In this document: positions 41,778 to 52,045 of the stretch, piece after piece
Layout of the letters: each line of letters starts with the position of its first letter
Position numbering within the stretch: position 1 is the first letter of the stretch
Assembly: GCA_963827655.1 (NCBI GenBank)
Contig: CAWHCF010000022.1
Location: 128,001 to 192,000 of the forward strand
Reading direction: 5' to 3'
Origin: an uncultured Acidobacteriota bacterium
GTDB taxonomy: Bacteria > Acidobacteriota > UBA6911
Length of the DNA stretch: 64,000 bases
Made by a program: the position numbers and the translations under genes
The notes under the pieces: generated by a model
Database searches by the model: none
What the model saw: only the letters and a program-made list of their open reading frames with translations
Told to the model about the DNA's origin: nothing

Positions 41778-43567
41778 CGAACTCCTCCTGCGGCGGAACG
41801 GCTGCCGCTCTCGTCCATTGGCGCAGGCAGCAACGGGGGCTTTTCCTGAGATTTGACCTTCTTCTGGACTTCAATCTGCGATATGAGGATGGCCGGCGAG
41901 ACGGCAGCGACCGGCACGGCGCCTGACTCGGCGCCACAGATGCCGTTGAAGACGTTAAGGGTGTTGTCCGCGGCGACAATCTTGCTGAAGGCGGTCAGCG
42001 GTGTGCCGATGAGGTCGACTCCCCGAACCAGTTCCTCGCGGCCGTCGGGATAGATCCGGTATACCAGGATGGGGAGAACGTTGAAGGCATTAGGGATCAT
42101 GCGGCCGGTGATCGTAAAGCCGCCCTGAATGTCTTCGAAGAAAAGGCCGAACGGCTTGTTTTCAGCCTTTAGCTGCTCGATCAATTTGACTTTCAATTGC
42201 TCCCGTGTGAGCGCGGCCGAGGTTTCGACAAACAGGTTGGATTGTCGCGCCACGGGCCGCAGGCCAGGCGACTTCCGCCCATGTCCGTTGGACCGGGCAA
42301 AACCCTCAATCGGAGAACGAGACATGAGGAAACTCTTGAAAACTCCTCTGTCGATCACGGGGACCCGCCGCGCCCGAACGCCCTGGTTGTCAAAATTATA
42401 AGAACCGATCAGGTCCCAGTCTTTAGCCCGGCGCAGCGTAGGATCGAAGAAGATGTTGAAGGTTTCGGGCAGCAACTGCTCGTTGATCTTTTTCTTGAAG
42501 GTCTGTCCCTCCTCCTCCCGTTTCTGCCGGTGCCCTTCGATGCGGTGGCCGAAGACTTCATGGAGGAAAACGCCGCTCGCGCGGCCGGACAGGATCGCGG
42601 GCCCGATGTACGGATCCACAACGGGCGCCTTGCGCAGGGCATGCAGATCCTGAATGATCTTCTGAACTGCTCTGAGAACCGTCGCGTCGTCAGGCAGTCC
42701 TTCCGGAGTGAATGCGAAGAAGGACTCGTAGCGCGGCAATTCCATTCCGTCTTCCGCTTTCGTGAACGCCGAAACGAAAAGGCGATAGTAGCGCTGCGAC
42801 GTTTGCAGTTCCGAACCCTCACTGTTCGTGAACCAGCGGGTCTCTGCATTCGCAGAAAGGTAGGCGTTCGCTTCGTAAATATCTCCGTATTTCGCAAATG
42901 GAGCCGTGTATTTCCTGAGCTTTTCTTCCCAGGCTTTAGAATCCAGGCTGATCTTCTGAACGGGCTCTATGTGTTTCTCGGGCTGCTCCTGCGAAAAGTC
43001 GGGAGACTGATCCTCGGGTTTCACCATGACCTGAACGTTGGTTCGCACTTTGGTGAACGCTTCGGCGGCGCTCTTGTACCGCCGGTCGGTGTGGTACCAG
43101 AGCAGTTGACGTATTGCCTCAGGGTTGTCCTCAATCGGAGCTTCAACAAAGGAAAAACGATCAGAGAAGTCGAAGCCAGGAAAACTGCCGCGGATGTCGT
43201 GAGTATTGTCGATGTTGTAGTCACCGACTCTCACGTCGATATCCAACTGACGGCGCCGGCTCTCCGAGCTGTTGACAAGCTTGCCGAAGGCACTGTTCAC
43301 GTTGACGGTATGGGTGTCGGTAATCTCGTAGCTCAAGAAATAGGGCGGAACGGCCTGTTTCTTCAGCGTCTCCATTGAACGGCTGAGTTCCGCTTTCATT
43401 GCATCCAGAACTGGCGCGGGGCCCGTCGCCGGGAAACCGGTACTGAATGCAAGCATGGACAGGCAAAAGGTCAGAATCGAGGCCAGATGTAAACGAAGCG
43501 CTTTGCGGCCGTAGCGGATCGGCGACCTCTTGACTAGATCGCAACCGGGATTGACAGAATCTCTCAT
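41774..43567 (-). CDS. TldD-like metallopeptidase, probably exported
   Basis: HEVFGH (HExxxH), FDNQGV, SNGHGR, C-terminal GICGAESG. Start placed at MRDSVN after a G-rich RBS. Confidence 0.85.
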   Translation of the reverse strand: MRDSVNPGCDLVKRSPIRYGRKALRLHLASILTFCLSMLAFSTGFPATGPAPVLDAMKAELSRSMETLKKQAVPPYFLSYEITDTHTVNVNSAFGKLVNSSESRRRQLDIDVRVGDYNIDNTHDIRGSFPGFDFSDRFSFVEAPIEDNPEAIRQLLWYHTDRRYKSAAEAFTKVRTNVQVMVKPEDQSPDFSQEQPEKHIEPVQKISLDSKAWEEKLRKYTAPFAKYGDIYEANAYLSANAETRWFTNSEGSELQTSQRYYRLFVSAFTKAEDGMELPRYESFFAFTPEGLPDDATVLRAVQKIIQDLHALRKAPVVDPYIGPAILSGRASGVFLHEVFGHRIEGHRQKREEEGQTFKKKINEQLLPETFNIFFDPTLRRAKDWDLIGSYNFDNQGVRARRVPVIDRGVFKSFLMSRSPIEGFARSNGHGRKSPGLRPVARQSNLFVETSAALTREQLKVKLIEQLKAENKPFGLFFEDIQGGFTITGRMIPNAFNVLPILVYRIYPDGREELVRGVDLIGTPLTAFSKIVAADNTLNVFNGICGAESGAVPVAAVSPAILISQIEVQKKVKSQEKPPLLPAPMDESGSRSAAGGVR

Positions 43568-43945
43568 AGATCCCCCTCTCCAGTCTTCAGAGCGCTGACT
43601 GTCAGACTTGATGTCGAAACGGGCCAACGGTTGGGCGGGGTCCCGCGGGGATTGAGCCGCCGTCCGCCCGCTCAACGGCACGCGACTCAATTAATTGTGA
43701 TTTCAGGAAAGAGATCGTTTCCTGAATCAATTGAGAGTGTGTGTGGGCCTCCGCTTCAAATCGTAACCGGTGTGGCTCCGAGGTATGACCATGATGATAT
43801 CATGCTTCCGCACAGTCGCGAAGCTGTTGCGCGACTTGAAAACCTCTTGTCGGAACGAAGAGCATGAGCGACATTGGCTCTTCGTGTCTTTGAGTCTTAG
43901 AGGTATTTGTCAGACAGCTTAATCACGACGACACGAAGAACCACA

Positions 43946-45370
43946 TTATTGCTTTTCGATTACTTCCTTGATCACGTGACCATGCACATCGGTAAGCCTT
44001 CGGTTAATGCCGTTGTGATAGAAAGTCAGTTTCTCGTGGTCGAGCCCGAGCAGGTGCAAGACGGTCGCGTGGAAATCGTAAATAGTGGCTACGTTCTCGA
44101 CCGCACGTCTGCCGAAGTCGTCTGTAGCACCATAGCTGACGCCGTGCTTCACCCCCGCTCCGAGCATCCAGACCGTAAACCCGTCCGGATTGTGATCGCG
44201 GCCAAGCGTGCCAGCCTGATGCGTTGGCATACGGCCGAACTCTGTAGTCCAGAGAACCAACGTGTCGTTCAAGAGGCCGTGGCTCTTCAGGTCTTTGATG
44301 AGCCCCGCCGTAGGACGGTCCAGAATCGGGCAGTGCCTTTCGTAATCCGCCTTGAGTGTCTTGTGCGCATCCCAGTTCAGCAGGCCATCCACGCCGGATG
44401 CGCGAGAGCCACAAAAGAGCTGCACAAAGCGAACTCCCCGCTCAATGAGCCTCCGTGCCAGGATGCAATTGCGGGCGTAAGCGGCAGTCAGCGGATTAGG
44501 ATCATCGGCGCCGTACAGGTCGCGCGTTGCCTTCGATTCCCTGCTCAGATCTGCCGCTTCGGGTGCTGACAATTGCATGCGGGCTGCCAGTTCGTAAGCC
44601 CGGACCCTGGCTGCCAGCTCTGAAGTGCCTGGATGCTCTTCCGCGTGCAGTTTATTAATGAAGCGCAGAAAGCTCAGCGTCGCCTCGTCTGCGTCCGAAC
44701 TGGTCTCCTTCGGCCGAGCGAGGTTGCGGATTGGCTCGGCGTCGCTAAAAGTAATGCCCTGATACTCGGCTGGCAGAAAACCCGCGGTCCAGTTAGCCGG
44801 ACCTGAAGGAGGAATTCCGCGAATATCAGGTATCGCGACGTAGGCAGGAAGGTTTTCGGTCTCGCTGCCCAGCGCATAGCTAACCCAGGCACCAACGCTA
44901 GGGTAACCCTCGATGACGAAGCCCGTGTTCATCTGACAACATGCGGGGCCGTGGGTGTTGCTCCGGGCGGTCATGGAGTGAATAAAGGCCATCTCGTCGA
45001 CGAGCTGACCAAGGTGCGGCAACAACTCCGTGACGTACTTTCCCGTTGTGCCACAGCGCTTGAATTCCCACGGGCTGCCCATGAGATTCCCGTTCGCCCC
45101 CTGAAAGGAGACGAGCTTCTCTTCACCCGGCAGCGGCTCTCCATTGCGTTTTTGTAGTTCGGGCTTGTAATCGAACGTGTCCATATGCGACACGGCGCCC
45201 GGACAGAAGATCTGAATCACCCGTTTGGCTTTCGGCAGGAAGTGGGGTTGTCGCACGTCGGCCGCTAATTTGTTTCGCTCAAGGAGCAGGCAGGCGAAGG
45301 CGATGCCCTTCAGGCCGTCACCGATTTCACCGAGAAACTGTCTTCGATTCACCCAATGGTTACATGACAT
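43946..45370 (-). CDS. DUF1501 domain protein
   Basis: NRRQFL Tat-like motif, [36 protein letters not shown]. Confidence 0.92.
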   Translation of the reverse strand: MSCNHWVNRRQFLGEIGDGLKGIAFACLLLERNKLAADVRQPHFLPKAKRVIQIFCPGAVSHMDTFDYKPELQKRNGEPLPGEEKLVSFQGANGNLMGSPWEFKRCGTTGKYVTELLPHLGQLVDEMAFIHSMTARSNTHGPACCQMNTGFVIEGYPSVGAWVSYALGSETENLPAYVAIPDIRGIPPSGPANWTAGFLPAEYQGITFSDAEPIRNLARPKETSSDADEATLSFLRFINKLHAEEHPGTSELAARVRAYELAARMQLSAPEAADLSRESKATRDLYGADDPNPLTAAYARNCILARRLIERGVRFVQLFCGSRASGVDGLLNWDAHKTLKADYERHCPILDRPTAGLIKDLKSHGLLNDTLVLWTTEFGRMPTHQAGTLGRDHNPDGFTVWMLGAGVKHGVSYGATDDFGRRAVENVATIYDFHATVLHLLGLDHEKLTFYHNGINRRLTDVHGHVIKEVIEKQ

Positions 45371-48248
45371 GAACAAACTCGTTCGCATTCAGCAGGGCGC
45401 GGCAGAAAACCGACAGCCCGTGTCGATTAATCAACTCCAGAGCCGCCGCCTTTTCCTGCGGCTGCGGTGCGCGCCCGAAGGCGAGCCTGTAGGCGCGCTC
45501 GACCTGCGCGCCTCGGTCCGTCTCTCCTGTTTCGCGAACCAGGCGCTCAGCAAGAAAGGCCGCCTGGTCCACAACGAAACGACTATTGAGAAGGGTGAGC
45601 GCCTGAAGCGGACTGGTAGTCACGACCCGCTTCGGCTCCGGAAGCGTTGAGTCCGGGCAGTCATGGGTGGCCAGCACGTCGTCACGAACCGATCGAGCAA
45701 ACTGGTGGTACACCGAACGCCGGAAAGTCTCCTCTGGAAATTCCTCTACCGGAAGATAGGTCGCCACGTTATCTACCGTGTATTTGTAGAGTTGAAACCC
45801 GGGACCACCCACATCCCGTTTCAACTTTCCACTCACGGCGAGGATGGTATCGCGAATCGCCTCTGCCTCCAGCCGCTTGGGCGGGAAACGCCAAAGATAG
45901 AGCGCCTCGCTGTCGGCAGCCGCCGCCTTGGCGTCGTACTTGCTCGATTGCCGGTAGGCGGCCGAGAGCATGATTTCGCGGTGAAAAGGTTTGAGCCTCC
46001 ATCCGAGTTCCACGAGCCGATTCGCCATCCATTCGAGCAACTCCGGATGCGTGGGATGCCCGCCATTGAATCCGAAATCACTGGGTCTATTGACCAGGCC
46101 GCGGCCAAAGTGGTAGTGCCACAGTCTATTCACCAGCACCCGTGCCGTGAGTCCGTTGCGGTCGTCGGCAATCCAGCGAGCCAGCGCGAGGCGGCGCGCG
46201 CCTTCCGGAGCGTTCGGATCCAGCTCGAAACCGGGAAGCATCCTGCTCATTACGGCGAGGCTGCCGGGAGCGATGACTTCTCCCTTATCCGCGGGATTGC
46301 CACGTTTCAGGATTCGCGTCGACTCCTGCGGTTCGGTAAACCGTCCGATATATGCGGTCGGCAATTTGGGGATTTCACCGATCCGTCTCTCTAATTCCTT
46401 GCTGCGCCGGCTCAGCGCCTTCCACTGCTCTTGCTCTGCGCTCGAGAGCACCTCGAGCAGGAAAACCTCTTCACGTTCTCCCTGGTCAAAGGGCAGGCGC
46501 TTGGAGGAATCCACGAGCTTCGCCCAGTTTACGCCGTCAATCGACGTCTCAAAGACGTACTTGACCGGAACTTGAGTGAGGAATCTCCCCTGAAAAGCGC
46601 CTGACCGGTCGCGCGACCAGAAAACCCTCGCGATCCTGTGTGTCCTGGGAAATTCGATCGTGACTTGACCCATACCGCGTTCGCTCGAAATCCAGAGCTT
46701 ATCGAACTTGCCGTCCACCAGGTTCTCTACCTCGTACGCCTCGGTCCCGGTGCCGGTAGACCGCGTCGATCTCGCGCTCGCGCGGGCGCCGGTGGATTGG
46801 AGCGCAACATTTGCAGGGCTCGGCTCGTCCGTCCAGATTTCGAGCTCGTCCATTGCGGGCGGGCTGTTCTGCGGAACCGCTGCCTCCACGCTCATCCGCA
46901 CGAAGCGAGCCTCGATAGGATTAAAGGTCTCTTCGGTTCCCCGCGGCTCGACCGGCGGCTTGTACCTGGCCGCAATGGTATCGCGCTGTTGTTCCACGAG
47001 ACGGGCGGTCTTCGCCTTCAAGCCGGACATCTGATCAAGGATTTCTTTCAGCTCCTTCCTGAGTGGTTCCTCGGCAGCACGGCGATGCGCTTTTTCTTCT
47101 GCGGTGGCCAACTCGCGCTCGGCGTGTTCCACACCTGCAAATGCAGCCTGGATGCGATGGTAATCTGCCTGCGAGATTGGATCAAACTTGTGGTCGTGGC
47201 AGCGCGCGCAATTCACGGTAAGGCCCAGGAAGCCCATCCCGGTTGTCGCCACAATATCATCGAGATCGTTGGCACGCTTCTGCAGTTCGCCTTCAACGTT
47301 TTCGATTTTCACTGTGTCGTGGATTCCGGCAACCAGAAAGCCGGTCGCGACCTCGACGTCGGGATTGTTCGCCGCGACCTGATCCCCGGCCAGGTGCTCG
47401 ATTATCATCCGGTTGAAGGGTTTATCCTGGTTGAAGGATCGAATCACGTAATCGCGCAAAGGCCAGGCGCGCTCTCGCAGATGGTTCTGCTCGTAGCCGT
47501 GGCTCTCACCAAAGCGGATCACATCGAGCCAGTGCCGGGCCCAGCGCTCGCCGTAGTGAGGTGACGCGAGCAACCGGTCGATCAGCTTCTCGTATGCGTC
47601 AGAACTCTCGTCGCTAACAAACGCCTCCACCTCGCCGGGAGTCGGAGGGAGGCCGAGCAGGTCGAAGGTTGCACGCCGAATGAATGTTCTCCGGTCGGCT
47701 GGTGGTGACGGCTGCAGGCCTTTCTCGTGAAGCTTCGCGTAGATGAAGCGATCGATGGGCGAGGCCGACCAGCCAGCCGGCGAGCCATCAATATTCGGCG
47801 GCCGAACCACAGTCAACGGCTGCAACGACCACCAGTCCGGCCCTGCCCGCGGCCGAACTATATTCTTGCCAAGGACTCCAGTCCACGGAGCGCCGGCTTC
47901 GATCCACCTGCGGATGATCGCCTTCTCACCGGCGGGAAGCGGGTCGCCGGGAGGCATCTCGTCCGAAGCGATTCTCTTGAACAAAAGACTGTCGTCGGGG
48001 TTACCCGGCAAGAGTGCCGAGCCCCTTGTGCCCCCTTTGCGCGCCGCATCCAGGCTATCGAGGAGCAAACCCGAGGTTTTCAATTGAGCATTGTGGCAGG
48101 AGAGGCAGCGCTTCTCGAGAATTGTCTTGGCCTCCGCCTCGATTCCGGTGCCATCCTGGGCGCGCAGCGAGAATCCGCAAACCGCTGCGAGGAGGACGGC
48201 CAAGACTCCTATCCGCCCGGCAAGCGCTTTCGACCGCCGACTATTCAT
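45360..48248 (-). CDS. PSD1/planctomycete cytochrome c protein (PSCyt1, DUF1549, discoidin-like insert, DUF1553)
   Basis: CLSCH and CARCH heme motifs, [38 protein letters not shown]. Start placed at MNSRRS. Confidence 0.92.
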   Translation of the reverse strand: MNSRRSKALAGRIGVLAVLLAAVCGFSLRAQDGTGIEAEAKTILEKRCLSCHNAQLKTSGLLLDSLDAARKGGTRGSALLPGNPDDSLLFKRIASDEMPPGDPLPAGEKAIIRRWIEAGAPWTGVLGKNIVRPRAGPDWWSLQPLTVVRPPNIDGSPAGWSASPIDRFIYAKLHEKGLQPSPPADRRTFIRRATFDLLGLPPTPGEVEAFVSDESSDAYEKLIDRLLASPHYGERWARHWLDVIRFGESHGYEQNHLRERAWPLRDYVIRSFNQDKPFNRMIIEHLAGDQVAANNPDVEVATGFLVAGIHDTVKIENVEGELQKRANDLDDIVATTGMGFLGLTVNCARCHDHKFDPISQADYHRIQAAFAGVEHAERELATAEEKAHRRAAEEPLRKELKEILDQMSGLKAKTARLVEQQRDTIAARYKPPVEPRGTEETFNPIEARFVRMSVEAAVPQNSPPAMDELEIWTDEPSPANVALQSTGARASARSTRSTGTGTEAYEVENLVDGKFDKLWISSERGMGQVTIEFPRTHRIARVFWSRDRSGAFQGRFLTQVPVKYVFETSIDGVNWAKLVDSSKRLPFDQGEREEVFLLEVLSSAEQEQWKALSRRSKELERRIGEIPKLPTAYIGRFTEPQESTRILKRGNPADKGEVIAPGSLAVMSRMLPGFELDPNAPEGARRLALARWIADDRNGLTARVLVNRLWHYHFGRGLVNRPSDFGFNGGHPTHPELLEWMANRLVELGWRLKPFHREIMLSAAYRQSSKYDAKAAAADSEALYLWRFPPKRLEAEAIRDTILAVSGKLKRDVGGPGFQLYKYTVDNVATYLPVEEFPEETFRRSVYHQFARSVRDDVLATHDCPDSTLPEPKRVVTTSPLQALTLLNSRFVVDQAAFLAERLVRETGETDRGAQVERAYRLAFGRAPQPQEKAAALELINRHGLSVFCRALLNANEFVHVM

Positions 48249-48698
48249 GTTTCTACTCCCTCCGCCATCGGGCGACCCAGCTTGTGGCGCCTTCAGTCCG
48301 AAGCAGAGAATCCTGTCACGGCTGATAATAGCCAGTATTAGGGTCAACGTGAAGGAGGTTTTCACGAGGTGACGGCTAGCCACCGTACCTGTGATCGGAG
48401 GTTCTTCTTTTGGAGTGCGTCCCGGCCGCGCGTCGCTTGCGCGTCTGTTCAACAGATCTGGCTGCGGGAAGCGGCGCGTTCTCGTTTCGGCGATCCCGCC
48501 GGCGTTATCGCAGCGCTCAGCGTCGGACTCGAGTGTCTCGGCCGCCAAGGCAGTTCGAATGAGCTCGCCCAAATGAGTTCGATGGTAGAGGGCGTCGATC
48601 GTTTGGCCCTGCTCTCCTGATCACACGGCGCTCGTGACGGCTGTCCCCATGCTCGATCACCGCGTGACGCGCAGATGCCCCACATGGTCCAGTGGCCG

Positions 48699-49067
48699 TT
48701 ACTTCTGGCCAACACGTTTCAGAGAAAGCCTTGCATTATCCGTCCTGTCGCCTCTGGTTCGTTTCATCTCGCCTTTGATTTCATTCTCGGTGGCTTTCAA
48801 GTCGAAGTGGATCGTCCCTTTGCCTGTGGGTATTTCAAACGTCAGCTTGTCGCCTTCCACTTTGCCGTTCTGCATCGGATGCTGCTCATCCTCGGTGGGT
48901 CCGCCGCTTCCAGAAAGCTGGCCGCCCTCTTGTTTTAAAATCATGAAGACCGGCTCGGATTTTGCTTCGTCCTGCACGTCGACGAATCTTCCGGACCATT
49001 TGCCGGAGACGTCGATGGCAGCAAGTGGCAGAGCCACGAACGCGACCGCAAGAAATAAAGTTCTCAT
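48699..49067 (-). CDS. Small secreted beta-rich hypothetical protein
   Basis: GGAGGA RBS; MRTLFLAVAFVALPLAA signal; DVSGKWSG. Confidence 0.8.
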   Translation of the reverse strand: MRTLFLAVAFVALPLAAIDVSGKWSGRFVDVQDEAKSEPVFMILKQEGGQLSGSGGPTEDEQHPMQNGKVEGDKLTFEIPTGKGTIHFDLKATENEIKGEMKRTRGDRTDNARLSLKRVGQK

Positions 49068-49225
49068 TGTATCCTCCTGGTTGGACATGCTGGCAGCTAC
49101 AACGGACTTGCAGTCCTGATAGTTCGAAACATCTGGAGGGGAACAATTCTTCTTTTCTGCAGCCCTAACGAAGGGTTGACCCGTTGAAATTGTCAATCGA
49201 CAATCGTCAATCGTCAATCGTCAAT

Positions 49226-51766
49226 TCATTCATATCTCAGCGCCACCGTTGGGTCGGTGCGTGAGGCTCGCCTCGCCGGCACGTAGCCGGCGAGAGTCGC
49301 GACTGCCAGCATCAACAGCGTCGCCATCACAATGGTGGCCGGGTCGGTGGGTTTCAACCCAAACAGGTACTTCTCGACCAGACGCGTGGCTGCCAGTGCA
49401 CCGGGGACACCCAGGACGATCCCAATCCCGACCAGCAGCATTGTTTCCCGGAGAACCATCCGGAGCATGGCCGAGCGCTGCGCGCCCAGAGCCATGCGGA
49501 TGCCGATTTCCCGAGTCCGCCGGACCACGGCGTAAGACATGAGACCGTAGAGGCCGACGCAGGCCAGGAGCAGGGCCAGCGCGCCAAAGAAACTCAACAG
49601 CTTGGCGATCAACTGCTCGTCGGCCAGAGTTCGGTTGACCTGGTCTTCCAGCGTCCTGACATTCCGAATCACGAGGTTGCTGTTGATCTCCTTCAGCGCC
49701 TGGCGGATTTGTCCGGTCATGGCGGAGGGGTTTCCCACCGTGCGCACCTCGATAGCGGAAACACGACCCTGGCCTTGCACCCAGGGAAGATAGGTCATGC
49801 GGGGGGTCTGCTGGCGCAGGTTGTCGTATTTCGCATCCTGAACCACGCCGACAATTTCAACCGCCTGGTCCCGATCCAGTTGCGCCGCAAAAGGGATATA
49901 GCGCCCGAGCGAGTCTGATTTGGGAAAATAAACGAGCTTCCCCAGGGGGCTCTGCTGACCAAAGTAGTGTCGCGCCATCGTTTCGTTGATGACGCCGACC
50001 TTGGGTGACGTTGCCGTGTCCTCGTAGCCGAAGTCGCGCCCGAGCAGCAATCTCATCCCGAGCGTTTCAAAGTAGCGGTTGGATACCCAGTTTTGCCGGA
50101 CATCGCCATCGGTTTCGGGATTCACATTGGAGCCCGGCACGCGCACGGGCGCGGTGGTTGCCGATCCACTCAACAGGCCATATTTGGAAAGGCTGGCCGA
50201 TCGCACGCCCGGCAGGGCGTTGAGCCGCTGGTGCACCTGAGGGCCCAGCGCGGCGATTTCAGGCGGCTTGAGCGCGGCCGGATCGGCCATGACCGTGATT
50301 GAGAGGACGTTGTTGCGCTCGAAGCCGGCGTCGAACGCCCGCAGATTCTGCAGGCTGCGGATCAGCAGCGCGGCGCCCACCAGGAGCACAAGAGAAAGCG
50401 CTACTTGCGAGATAACCAGCGTCCGGCTAAAGCGCTGTCTGGGCGGGCTGCCGCTCTGGCTGCCGGCGCTTTCTTTCAGCGCAGGATTCAGATCCACGAC
50501 CGCTGTCAGGAGCGCCGGTACCAAGCCAAAGAAAATCCCGGTCAAAAGCGAGACGGCCAGCGTGAAGCCGAGCACACGCCATTCCGGGCGAAGATCGAGT
50601 TGTATTGGAGAGCCCCCGCCCGAGGCAAGCCCGAGCAGAAGCTCGCTGCCCCACGCCGCAAGGAGCAGACCCGTGGCACCGCCCATGATGGCAAGCAGCA
50701 TGCTTTCCGTGAGTAGTTGCCGGATCAGCCGGCCACGGCCCGAGCCGAGGGCCAATCGAATGCCGATTTCCTTTTGCCGTGACGCCGATCGCGCCAGCAG
50801 CAGATTAGCCACATTGCAACAGGCGATGAGCAAGACCAATCCGACCACGGCCATGAGCAGCCGCAGCGGCTGCGAAAAACGCATTCGCAGCGCGGCAAAG
50901 CCTTTGCTGCCGGGCTCGAGTTCCACCCGGACCTCTTCGAGCTTGGGCGCGCTGTGGATCAAGCTACCTTTTCCGCTCAGGATCTCGTCGGCCAGCAGTT
51001 GACGATACAGGAACGTCAAGGCCGTTGTGGCCTGCCGCTCATCGGTACCGGGTTTCAAGCGTCCCATCGTTCTGAACCAGGTCGCAGTGCGCACTTCCAG
51101 GAGACTCCTCGGCTCCAGGCTGGGTTGCATCCGAATAGGAAGCCAGATGTCGGGAAGTACCCCCACCGATTCGCCAAAAAACTCCCGGGGTGTGACGCCT
51201 ACGATCGTGAAAGCTGCGCCATTGAGCATGATGGTCCGCCCCAGGATCGAGACGTCGCGGGCGAACTGGCGTTCCCAGAAGCCATGGCTGATGACGGCGA
51301 CAGGGCCTTGCGGTCCCCCCACGCCAGGCACCTGGTCATCTTCCGCGGTAAACACCCTCCCACGCATGGCGTTCACGCCGAGAACGGAGAAGTAGTTCCC
51401 GGAGACGAGCCTTCCGCGCAATCCCCCTGCGAGCTGCAGCTCGCCGTAGCCCTCCATGCTGACCCGCAGCACGTCAACCGAACCGCTCGCAAAGATCCCC
51501 GACAGCGCGTCCTGACGCTGGGAAATCTCGCGAAAGATCGGGAAGTTGAAGTCGCGGCCTCGATTGCCGTGAACCGGTCTGACGACGACGAGCTGCTCCG
51601 GATTCTCGACTGGAAGCGATTTCAGGAGCACAGCGTCTATCAAGCTAAAGATGGCGGTATTCGCCCCAATGCCGAGAGCCAGAGACAGTACCGCCACCGC
51701 CGTGAAGCTGGGACTCTTACCCAGCATCCGCACGCCGAACCTCAGATCCTGCCAGAAAGTCTCCAT
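49226..51766 (-). CDS. ADOP-type duplicated ABC (MacB/FtsX) permease
   Basis: WQDLRFGVRML, LALGIGANTAIFS, two FtsX units (EIGIRLALG and EIGIRMALGA), C-terminal DPTVALRYE. Confidence 0.93.
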   Translation of the reverse strand: METFWQDLRFGVRMLGKSPSFTAVAVLSLALGIGANTAIFSLIDAVLLKSLPVENPEQLVVVRPVHGNRGRDFNFPIFREISQRQDALSGIFASGSVDVLRVSMEGYGELQLAGGLRGRLVSGNYFSVLGVNAMRGRVFTAEDDQVPGVGGPQGPVAVISHGFWERQFARDVSILGRTIMLNGAAFTIVGVTPREFFGESVGVLPDIWLPIRMQPSLEPRSLLEVRTATWFRTMGRLKPGTDERQATTALTFLYRQLLADEILSGKGSLIHSAPKLEEVRVELEPGSKGFAALRMRFSQPLRLLMAVVGLVLLIACCNVANLLLARSASRQKEIGIRLALGSGRGRLIRQLLTESMLLAIMGGATGLLLAAWGSELLLGLASGGGSPIQLDLRPEWRVLGFTLAVSLLTGIFFGLVPALLTAVVDLNPALKESAGSQSGSPPRQRFSRTLVISQVALSLVLLVGAALLIRSLQNLRAFDAGFERNNVLSITVMADPAALKPPEIAALGPQVHQRLNALPGVRSASLSKYGLLSGSATTAPVRVPGSNVNPETDGDVRQNWVSNRYFETLGMRLLLGRDFGYEDTATSPKVGVINETMARHYFGQQSPLGKLVYFPKSDSLGRYIPFAAQLDRDQAVEIVGVVQDAKYDNLRQQTPRMTYLPWVQGQGRVSAIEVRTVGNPSAMTGQIRQALKEINSNLVIRNVRTLEDQVNRTLADEQLIAKLLSFFGALALLLACVGLYGLMSYAVVRRTREIGIRMALGAQRSAMLRMVLRETMLLVGIGIVLGVPGALAATRLVEKYLFGLKPTDPATIVMATLLMLAVATLAGYVPARRASRTDPTVALRYE

Positions 51767-51792
51767 CACTCCTCCGTTGTGAAAACCAGTAG

Positions 51793-51809
51793 CGCACGAG
51801 CCGTGCCAA
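51793..51809 (-). promoter_or_regulatory. Putative sigma-54 promoter TTGGCACGGCTCGTGCG
   Basis: GG-N10-GC spacing with a TGGCACG -24 box, about 27 bp upstream of the permease start. Confidence 0.55.
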
Positions 51810-52045
51810 CGACTCCGTCGCTCGAAGCTATTGAGTGAGTTAGCGCATACCGAAAGGCAGGCAGTTGCCCGACGGATAGAGGTGTCCGCTATTGGGATGG
51901 GAATCCTTCGAAAGCGAACAGTCCACTTGCGCTTCATCGCGGCTTCGTGATTAGTAGCCGCCTGGACGTCGCACATCGCCAATCTGGCACTGAAGCCGAA
52001 CCGTCGTGTCCGTTGGAACGACACCAAAGGTTAAGTGGAAAAGTG

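Noticed and set aside
43946-48248. DUF1501 plus PSD1 cytochrome pair as a novel system
   Set aside because: It is a well-known, highly paralogous pairing in Planctomycetota and related phyla, although its function is unresolved.
48249-48698. N-terminal extension of ORF 45360-48572 or a gene remnant
   Set aside because: A better RBS and signal peptide occur at 48248. I could not assign the upstream text to any family.
51767-52027. 87-aa N-terminal extension of the ADOP permease
   Set aside because: GGAGGAG RBS and the family-typical METFWQDLR start lie at 51766, and the extension covers the putative promoter.
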